Source of the DNA: Chlamydiota bacterium
GTDB taxonomy: Bacteria > Chlamydiota > Chlamydiia > Chlamydiales > SM23-39
Length of the DNA stretch: 12,066 bases
Direction of reading: 5' to 3'
NCBI GenBank assembly: GCA_038534095.1
Contig: JBCAXK010000045.1
Location: 1-12,066 of the forward strand
The notes beneath the pieces were generated by a model, which saw only the letters and a list, made by a program, of their open reading frames with translations, was not told the origin of the DNA and made no database searches. A program made the translations under genes and the position numbers. Of the stretch, positions 1-7,415 are shown in pieces (position 1 is the first letter of the stretch; every line of letters starts with the position of its first letter).

Positions 1-167
1 TTCTAATATAGAGTAATCACCGGTAATGGTATTCACGCCATCTACGATGCTCGATGGATCACCCTCTCTAGGTCCTAAAAACTGTAAACTTGTTTTATTT
101 GCATGAAGAGATGTTGAGAAAAAAGCGTTAGTAAAAAACAGGTTATCCTTAAAAAATAGCGACTCAT
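1..167 (-). CDS. 5' end of an Rhs/YD-repeat-type protein (signal peptide + DUF6531-like N-terminal segment); runs off the left edge; apparent 1-nt frameshift in the signal peptide
   Basis: Manual minus-strand translation gives ...FFSTSLHANKTSLQFLGPREGDPSSIVDGVNTITGDYSILE, open to position 1. The GDP...VNxxTGxY pattern is the typical start of the DUF6531 segment that precedes Rhs cores. ATG at 167 has SD GAGGT (178-174) and reads MSRYFLRITCFLLTLF in a neighbouring frame. The Rhs core itself is outside the window. Confidence 0.7.
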
Positions 168-173
168 TGCAGC

Positions 174-178
174 ACCTC
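174..178 (-). promoter_or_regulatory. Shine-Dalgarno GAGGT for the ATG at 167
   Basis: The minus strand reads ctGAGGTgctgcaATG, a 6-nt spacer. Confidence 0.6.
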
Positions 179-1120
179 AGATAAAAAATTTTTGGAGTCA
201 CTTCGATTCTCTGATACGCATGATGAATCGACTACTTTTTTCCAAAATTATCTACTCATGTTTCCTTGAGCCGGAATTACTCATTAAACTACAAAAAATC
301 AGAGTAAATGAAGTGAAACCAAATAAAAAATTAACACCATAGCTCGTTCGATGTTTTATGTAATCATGAAAGTTTTAGCTCATGGAACTACGGGGTAGTT
401 GGGCAAGATGGGTTTTATTTACCGGCCATTGCTTCATTTGATGACAAAACAGACCTCTTCACAATAACAGACTTTTATACTGAGCTGTAGCACTAGAAAA
501 GATAAAAAAGTTGTGTATGAGGAATTGAGATTTTCCCATTATCCTAGGCAATGTTCCAATGACCGAGCTTACGTGGAATCTAAGCCCTAAATATTGCCCT
601 CAATCTCTTGCAGAAGGTTGTCTCTTACTCCTCATCCGTCCGACATAACGAAAAATCAAACGCATTTTGTTCCAATGAGCTTGAGATGAATCAGACCAAA
701 TTTGAGAAACTCTTTCGCATAATCCACCCAGCCATCGTGAAATGGGAAAAAACGGAAAATAAGAATTCTAAGATGCATGCAAAGAGATTTGAGACTTTAG
801 CTACTTGACCATTTGCTGGGTAAGGATGTTGGTCTCCGAGAGGCTTTTAAAATTATCCCTACGACCAGCTATTCTTAGACGGTAGAGCCTCTTGCATTTG
901 GTGCTCCTACAGACTTTGCACCGTAGGTACTTTAAACCGCTAAATCCATACTTTCGTTAAAAGCTCGTTCATTTTTGTATACTTATGATAGATCTCTTGC
1001 CCGATAAAAAATTCTATGGGTTAACAATATAAAAGGTTGTAAAGCTCAGGATTGAACTGTTTTTGCGTGGATTTCTACTTCTGTTTTTATGTAAAATTTT
1101 ATGCAAAAAGTATATTTTTT

Positions 1121-1990
1121 ATGATCCAGGAAGTAAAACCTTATAACAGCTATTGTTTGACAGATACTCATCTTCAATCTAGCCTAGACAAACGCTCCTG
1201 CGTGTTAAAAATCCTTCATGCAATACAAAGCGTCTGGAATGAATGTAAGTACCTGGTGATGGTGGCCTATTATCGTTACGTGGCATCTATTCCACAGCTT
1301 CGCTCCAAAAGCGTTACTTGGAACCCAGATAGCCAAGGGCTGATCGTATTTATTCATGGTTTGCGCAATGACCCTGCCGCTTGGTTTTCTCAGCTATCAT
1401 TATTGCCACCAAATACAAAGATGGATATTTTTGCTCCAGTTGTTCACAAAAGAGGGGTATGCCCTCTAGATCAAGCTGTAAACCCTTTACTTCCTAAAAT
1501 TGAAGACTACGTCAAAAAAAATCCCAAAAAACCCGTTTGTTTGTTGGGAACATCGAATGGTAGTCGGGTAGCTGCGGAGATCGAAACACGGCTACGCGAA
1601 ATTTCCCCTGGTACTCCCGTCAAGGTTTCTTCGGTTGCAGGCCCCCATTTGGGGTCTAGTTCTTTAGATCTCTTCGATCGCTTTAGCTGTGGTTTAGCAA
1701 ACTGGCGTTATCCAGACGGATTAAAGGAAGAGCTAAAATACAATAGCGACAAAGCAAAAGAACTACTCAGGCGTATTAAAACGCCTTTACCTAAGGGTTG
1801 TGCCCCGCGTAGCTATGAGTTTTATGCAACTACAGAAGATATCACCATTCCCGATCTCGTTTCCACCTTACCAAAACTGACTATGAGAGAGAAACATTAC
1901 CTTGTTCATGGAGAAAGCCACGGCTCGATTGTTTCCGCTATTGCTAAGCAACAAATGGATTCTTGTTTTGCATGGATGAATTCTGTTTAA
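1121..1990 (+). CDS. Alpha/beta hydrolase (lipase/esterase-like, PGAP1/DUF676-like architecture)
   Basis: Oxyanion segment IVFIHGL, nucleophile elbow LLGTSNG (GxSxG), SVAGPHLGS, candidate acid TTEDITIP and candidate His GESHGSI. Start moved from TTG 1052 to ATG 1121 because the first 23 codons are T-rich and look non-coding. Confidence 0.85.
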   Translation: MIQEVKPYNSYCLTDTHLQSSLDKRSCVLKILHAIQSVWNECKYLVMVAYYRYVASIPQLRSKSVTWNPDSQGLIVFIHGLRNDPAAWFSQLSLLPPNTKMDIFAPVVHKRGVCPLDQAVNPLLPKIEDYVKKNPKKPVCLLGTSNGSRVAAEIETRLREISPGTPVKVSSVAGPHLGSSSLDLFDRFSCGLANWRYPDGLKEELKYNSDKAKELLRRIKTPLPKGCAPRSYEFYATTEDITIPDLVSTLPKLTMREKHYLVHGESHGSIVSAIAKQQMDSCFAWMNSV

Positions 1991-2065
1991 AGATTGATTC
2001 AATGGCCTTAGGAGACAAGGAGCTCGCGACTCTTTTAGGTGTCTTCACCCCAATTAAAGACTAGA

Positions 2066-3145
2066 TTATACTTTTAGAATGCGAGCTGCTACGACTCCCG
2101 TTGCCACAGCAAGAGTCGTAAATGGGAATAAAAAATCGATCGTACCTTGAAGCATCAACACTGTTGTAAGATAAATGGGAGCGCACCCTGCCAATGACGC
2201 AAAAAAATCTTTGGCTATATCTCCGATCTTCCCTTCTCTTTTAAGCACACATGCTATAGATGTCCCAGCCATACCTGCTAACATGAGTTCTTTGGCCCGC
2301 ATAGCAGAAATGACTCGAAAAGTATTTTTGATAATTTCATAGCTAAATTTTTTAGCAAGAGGAACAATCCCTTTTGGAGGAAACCTCCCACTCAAGAATA
2401 CTGCATCTGAAGCTCTCTCAAAAATCTTTCCTGCTACTATAAAAAACGGCACGCTCGCGGTCATCAAAGCGATGCTCGATGCCACTTTACCGAGAGTTGA
2501 GTTACGCTGGTTTTTTCTCTCATTCATAGCGATCAGATTATTCATGATTGAAACTCCAATCAACATAGCGCAATAGAACAGGGGGCGCATAGTTACTTCA
2601 AAATCCATGATGCAAGCAATCGCCAAAACGCCTACTGCTAAGAGATGTCCCACAAGTACCTGTCTTGGTAGAGCTCTATTTTTTACTAGGGAAGTTGTCA
2701 CATAAGCAATCAAACTCATGGCAGTTAAGCCTAAGGGAATCAAAGGATGCGTCTCTCCACCAAAATGACGGTGGAGGCTCGCAAGATAGCAAGTTCCTGT
2801 GATCACTGCCGTTCCTAATAGGCCCCCAAGCAGTTTTTTGTTTTTTGCAAGAGCCGCTCCTGTTAGAACCGCGCCAATTGTATTCGCTACAAAAAGAATC
2901 TTTTCAATAGGTTCAATGCTTTGCCTCCACGGGAATAGGGCTAAAGCTACGCCACAAGCGGAGAGACCTGTTGCTGCCACTGCCGTTGAAATTCCTGCTG
3001 TAATCACGGCCATTTTAAGGAATGAAAGTACAAAGTTATTGACTTTACTTTCCTTGGAAATATTCTGATTATTCGTATCGCAACAAATAGGATGAGAAGC
3101 CGCTTTCGCACTTAGAGAATTGGGATAAGATAATGCGTTCATCAT
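2066..3145 (-). CDS. Hypothetical polytopic membrane protein (about 10 hydrophobic segments, polar Ser/Asn-rich N-terminus)
   Basis: 359-aa ORF with paired hydrophobic helices separated by basic linkers, preceded by a very AT-rich upstream region. No family recognised. Confidence 0.8.
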   Translation of the reverse strand: MMNALSYPNSLSAKAASHPICCDTNNQNISKESKVNNFVLSFLKMAVITAGISTAVAATGLSACGVALALFPWRQSIEPIEKILFVANTIGAVLTGAALAKNKKLLGGLLGTAVITGTCYLASLHRHFGGETHPLIPLGLTAMSLIAYVTTSLVKNRALPRQVLVGHLLAVGVLAIACIMDFEVTMRPLFYCAMLIGVSIMNNLIAMNERKNQRNSTLGKVASSIALMTASVPFFIVAGKIFERASDAVFLSGRFPPKGIVPLAKKFSYEIIKNTFRVISAMRAKELMLAGMAGTSIACVLKREGKIGDIAKDFFASLAGCAPIYLTTVLMLQGTIDFLFPFTTLAVATGVVAARILKV

Positions 3146-3647
3146 TTAAAAACCTATTTTTTAATAAAATTAAAACAAATCTAATCTTTTATTTCAAATA
3201 AACTTCATGTTTTATTGGATAAAAATATTAAATAGTAATTTTTTATTTTCGATTCAATAGAAATCGTTTTTAGAAAATCTTTATTTTAAAAATAGAGAAC
3301 TTGCTGCCCTAAAACGGCATCTCTTCACAAGATTTTCATACGACAAGATCAAATATTTCTATTGACCAAGCGCTAAAGACCTTGAACAAAAGTGTGTAGA
3401 ATCCTCTTCAAAGAGTGAAAACGGTAAAAGACACCTTGCGATATGTCTATATCATGAGTAGAGTAAAAATAGCCTCTTTAAGCTCTTTCGATAATCGTTT
3501 TGATTGAGAGGGAAAAATAGAAGCACAACGTTGTAAGCGCTCCCTTTTTCCTAGCTAGATTTGGCGCATCAACGCAGCTCGAAAATCTAATGCAGGGTTA
3601 GTGGATCAAACCGGCCATCATCAAGTAGGTATAGGCCAGGGTTACAA

Positions 3648-3959
3648 TCACACTTGCGTTTGAACGCAATCGACAAACCAGTAAATAGCCCACCGTTTTT
3701 CTTTTTCATATGGATCCAAGTAACCCAGCTTTCTCATACAATAGGGGCAGGTAATAAGAGAGCTTTCTTCTTTGATTTTGAGGGTAGACTCGTGGATGCG
3801 ATCGAGGTAACAGCGTTTTAAAAGGCCTAGACCATCCTTTTGATAGACAAGGAGCTGATTTTGACACTTACCACATAAAATTAGAATGAATGTAGGCTCG
3901 CCCCGTTTGGTGGTAAAGTGATTGATGATAGGAGAGTAATTCTTGCGCACGTTGAACAC
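3648..3959 (-). CDS. Small putative zinc-binding protein (CxxC...CxxC)
   Basis: CGKC and CPYC pairs flank a YQKDGxGxLKRxYLDRI segment that I recall from conserved hypothetical proteins. The GTG start is uncertain. Confidence 0.75.
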   Translation of the reverse strand: MFNVRKNYSPIINHFTTKRGEPTFILILCGKCQNQLLVYQKDGLGLLKRCYLDRIHESTLKIKEESSLITCPYCMRKLGYLDPYEKEKRWAIYWFVDCVQTQV

Positions 3960-4146
3960 ATCAAGGTTGCGTATTTTTGTAAGAGAAAGGGTCCTTAGTA
4001 TTTGCTAGCTGAGTCCCTTGCGAAGAAATCCCAGCAAATGCCCCAACTAGCGCTTTCTTTGATTGTTAATGTACCAAAACCATCTATTGATGCCTTAACT
4101 ATGGAAGCTTCAGTGCCTAATAACAACCAACAGATACTATGTTTCG

Positions 4147-4935
4147 TTACTCTCCAAATACCTCTTGGTACTCTTCTTTGTACTGCGTTTCTCTTGTACA
4201 AAAACTGTTATAAGCATCCTGAAGTTTTTTTACAGCAGGCGTAGTCTCTGCTACGTCAGTAGAGGCTTCTTGTAGAAACGAAGGGACAAATCGGTATTTA
4301 TTCCAATAATCTAAAGGGCGATTTACTTCCTCCAACTCAAAAAGCAAGACCTCTTGTAGATAAGCATCTTCTGATTCAAGGCAAAAAGCCCGTATGTCTG
4401 CCAAACAAGCATGATCCAATAAACGGAGCATCCTCACTTGCTGAGATTCGGCAAGAAAGTCTTTAGCAATCTGCTTTTTGACGTGATACTCCAGGATAAT
4501 ATTTTGTAAAACCTTTTGATTTTCGGTTACATCCATGCTCCCTACACCAAAGAGAAAAAGGGTAAAACAAGTAGAAATCTTAGAGCAGTCGTAATCTTTC
4601 AAAAACTGTTTGAGTTCATTTTTCGTGTTCTCGCAAATAGGATCTTCTGGGTTTTTTTTGCAGATCGATCCAAGAGATCGTATGTACCCCTCGTGAAAAT
4701 TCATGATGTTTCTAACGACAGAAACAATCTCCTCCTGCACGGAAGGCAAATTCATAAACATGCTACACCAATCCCGGTAGTTGACATACTCATTAGAGGG
4801 TCCCTCTGCAATATGCAAAGAGTAGGCTTCATGAATTTCTTCAAGCAATTCGGCATCTGTTTCTTTTTCGAACTCAAATATAGTAGATCCAAAAATCAGA
4901 AAGGGAATCGATAAAAACAAGCATAAATACTTCAT
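4147..4935 (-). CDS. Hypothetical exported protein (acidic, likely alpha-helical)
   Basis: 262-aa ORF with SD AGGAG (4948-4944) 8 nt before the ATG, an N-terminal signal-peptide-like MKYLCLFLSIPFLIFG and a Glu-rich mature part. No family recognised. Confidence 0.8.
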   Translation of the reverse strand: MKYLCLFLSIPFLIFGSTIFEFEKETDAELLEEIHEAYSLHIAEGPSNEYVNYRDWCSMFMNLPSVQEEIVSVVRNIMNFHEGYIRSLGSICKKNPEDPICENTKNELKQFLKDYDCSKISTCFTLFLFGVGSMDVTENQKVLQNIILEYHVKKQIAKDFLAESQQVRMLRLLDHACLADIRAFCLESEDAYLQEVLLFELEEVNRPLDYWNKYRFVPSFLQEASTDVAETTPAVKKLQDAYNSFCTRETQYKEEYQEVFGE

Positions 4936-5348
4936 AAAACTGTCTCCTATGTATTTTAACGAAATATCATGCCTACCTCATTTTTTTTTCGGTATGGAAA
5001 AGTGGAACAAATTCTCCAAATGGTTTGGCAGCTGAATCCAAAAGAAAGAAGGATTAGGCACCGTACGAAGCTGCGCAAATGGGCAGATTTTTGCGTGAAG
5101 AATCGGATAAATCACGAAGAGGAACAACCTTCTTAATATGCCACTTGCGTTTTGTTGCAATGAAGAGCTCCTTACTTCATCTACATTAGATAGATCTTTA
5201 ATAAGGAGAAAAATCGTCTCACCGCGCCCAGAGTAGAAAAAATGTTCTATCTACCTAGAAGGCTTTTAAAACATGGCAAACAAAACCCTAGTTGAAAATC
5301 TGGAGAAAATTCTACGCAAAAACCGTATGACTCGCTAGAATTTGTTAC

Positions 5349-6227
5349 ATGCACCCTTTTTTAGACAAACAACTCACGTTCCTAGAGTGGATTGCAAAGA
5401 CTCGAGGATCCTTTCTTGATCACATACTACTTTTTTGGAATTTCTTCGATACCCCTATATTTTTTTTGCTCCTTGTTCCTTTTATTTGGATTGGCCTTTC
5501 GTGGAAATGGGGCTCAAGATTATTTTATCTCGTCATCTTATCAGGGTTTACAAACCACCTTTTGAAAGAGCTTTTTGCCGTACCTAGACCCTGCTTTTGG
5601 TCGCCAGAAATTGCGCTAATCCCTTGCCGTAGTTACAGCTTCCCTAGCGGCGGCGCTCAAACAGCAGCTCTATTGGCCGGTTTTATTTGGCTGAGCTATC
5701 CCAAACCCTGGGCAAAAACAGTAGCGATTGTCTTTGCTCTTTGTATGGGAGCTTCCCGCTTTTTACTTGGAGTACATTACCCTACGGACGTTCTTGGTGG
5801 CTACTTTGTTGGGCTAGCTCTAATCATTGCTTTTTCTTACGCGCATCGGCCTATTGCTTTAGCTGTTACAAGAAAACCCTATTTATCGTTAGGCATTTGT
5901 AGCTTTGTGTGCCTTTTCCTCAGTTTTTTTGTATCGCTTAAAACGGTGATTCTTTTTGGCGTTCTTTTAGGAGGCTCGGTCGGCGTGTTTACCTCCGGGA
6001 TGTTTTTCTTATACCTGCCTGATCCAAGACATGCTATTCCTGCGATTCTAAGAGGCTGCTTTGGTGTCTTAGGTGCCTATATTATCTGGAGTCTATTTCC
6101 CGCTTTATTAAAAAACACCAACCCTTGGATCCTATTTTTTGAAGGGTTTACCCTCGCTTTATGGGTCTCCTTGTTTGCGCACATTCTCCTCAAGGGTTTG
6201 CTGCCAATAGGAGCAATACATAAGTAA
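5349..6227 (+). CDS. PAP2 (type 2 phosphatidic acid phosphatase) family membrane protein with variant C2 motif
   Basis: C1 KELFAVPRP (Kx6RP), C2 SFPSGG (canonical PSGH) and C3 SRFLLGVHYPTD (SRx5Hx3D), plus extra C-terminal TM helices. Confidence 0.92.
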   Translation: MHPFLDKQLTFLEWIAKTRGSFLDHILLFWNFFDTPIFFLLLVPFIWIGLSWKWGSRLFYLVILSGFTNHLLKELFAVPRPCFWSPEIALIPCRSYSFPSGGAQTAALLAGFIWLSYPKPWAKTVAIVFALCMGASRFLLGVHYPTDVLGGYFVGLALIIAFSYAHRPIALAVTRKPYLSLGICSFVCLFLSFFVSLKTVILFGVLLGGSVGVFTSGMFFLYLPDPRHAIPAILRGCFGVLGAYIIWSLFPALLKNTNPWILFFEGFTLALWVSLFAHILLKGLLPIGAIHK

Positions 6228-6265
6228 CAAACGTCCCTTGGATCCACAAGCAACCGAATGAATCT

Positions 6266-7279
6266 ATGCGCCTTCTTTTCATAAAACTCAGCTCTATGGG
6301 AGATGTCTTACAAGCCTTGGCTGCCATTTCTGATGCAACAGAGCATCGGGAAGATCTGGAAATTGACTGGGTAGTTGATGAGCATTTTCAAGAAATTCCC
6401 CTGCTTCATCCAAAAGTCTCTTCTGTCATCATCACCAATCATAGAACCTGGCGAAAAAAACCTTTTTCTTCGAGCAAAGAAATTTTTACGTTCATTCGCA
6501 AACTCCGGAAAAAACGTTATGATCTCATCATTGACGCCCAAGGAAACTGGAAAAGCGCTCTGATTACCCTCTTTTCAAAAGGGTTAAAAGTGGGCTTAGA
6601 TCGCTTTTCAGTACGTGAATACATCGCCCATTTTGCCTATTCGATCAAACACTCTGTTTCAAAAAAACAACACGCTGTTGAACACTTACGGGAGCTCCTT
6701 GCAAAAGCTTTGGGTTATGAAAAACCCAAAACCCCTCCAAATTTTGGCATTCAAATCCCTTCGCCCACTCTCAATCGAGATCTGCAGCTACCCGAAGAAT
6801 ATTATGTTTGTATACACGCAGCGAGCTGGGATACAAAACTTTGGCCTGAAAGTTCGTTTTCTGATCTCATTAAACAGTTAGACGCTCCTGTCCTTCTCTT
6901 CTGGGGATCGAAAAAAGAGAAATTGCGCGCGGAAAAAATTGGGAAACACCTGCCTCATGTCTACATACTTCCTAAGCGATCTTTATCACAAATCACCCTT
7001 ATTTTGGCCAAAGCAAAAGCCGTTATTTCTGTAGACACAGGGCTTGGTCACTTAAGCGCAGCTCTTGGAGTGCCCACCGTTGGTTTGCACGGACCTACCG
7101 ACCCGAAAAGAATCGGTTCTTTAGGTCCAAAAACGCGCCATTTATACCCAAGCGTCCCCTGTTTTCCTTGCCACAAAAACCGTTGTTACTATCAAGGAAC
7201 CTATCAAAAGAGCCCCTATTGTTTTCAGCAAATTTCTCCTGATCATGTGCTCATGGCATTAGAAGAACTCCTTTCCTAA
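6266..7279 (+). CDS. waaC: Lipopolysaccharide heptosyltransferase I (GT9)
   Basis: Colinear with E. coli WaaC motifs as I recall them: KLSSMGDVL (catalytic Asp13), DWVV, WRK, YDLIIDAQG..KSA, QHAVE..RELLAKALGY, KLWPE, SVDTGLGHLSAAL and GPTDP. Confidence 0.93.
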   Translation: MRLLFIKLSSMGDVLQALAAISDATEHREDLEIDWVVDEHFQEIPLLHPKVSSVIITNHRTWRKKPFSSSKEIFTFIRKLRKKRYDLIIDAQGNWKSALITLFSKGLKVGLDRFSVREYIAHFAYSIKHSVSKKQHAVEHLRELLAKALGYEKPKTPPNFGIQIPSPTLNRDLQLPEEYYVCIHAASWDTKLWPESSFSDLIKQLDAPVLLFWGSKKEKLRAEKIGKHLPHVYILPKRSLSQITLILAKAKAVISVDTGLGHLSAALGVPTVGLHGPTDPKRIGSLGPKTRHLYPSVPCFPCHKNRCYYQGTYQKSPYCFQQISPDHVLMALEELLS

Positions 7280-7415
7280 ATGGAAAAGTAGCTTGTGCGA
7301 TTTCTAATGATTTCTTCCACTTGTTAAGGCCTCTATATACTACAAAAGAAACTCTTGATTTTATTTTTTTATACAGAAATACTCTTTTCCACATAAAAAA
7401 ACATTGAGGAAATCT

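Noticed and set aside
608..808. 66-aa ORF as a stand-alone gene
   Set aside because: TTG start without SD and no motif; at most part of a decayed gene.
821..927. tmRNA, suggested by pseudoknot-like pairings
   Set aside because: No tRNA-like 5' GGGG end, T-arm/CCA 3' end or tag peptide ending in AA* is visible.
1052..1120. N-terminal extension of the hydrolase from TTG 1052
   Set aside because: The Phe/Cys/Tyr-rich translation reflects T-rich upstream DNA; ATG 1121 is more plausible.
2011..2046. Weak hairpin between the convergent hydrolase and membrane-protein genes
   Set aside because: The stem is interrupted and G-U rich, too weak to call a terminator.
3470..3647. Possible 6S-like or other ncRNA (palindrome ACAACGTTGT at 3525-3534 inside GGAAAAA/TTTTTCC; TAGATTT/AAATCTA)
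   Set aside because: Only short local stems; I could not build a long closing helix or recognise a family motif.
3995..4244. ORFs 3995-4201 (-) and 4002-4244 (+)
   Set aside because: Both overlap the 4147-4935 gene and lack an SD and recognisable motifs.
4969..5160. 55-aa + strand ORF 4969-5136 containing a T9 run, and the 60-aa minus ORF 4978-5160
   Set aside because: No SD or motif. The + ORF starts only 33 nt from the divergent gene start. It could be a remnant but is unsupported.
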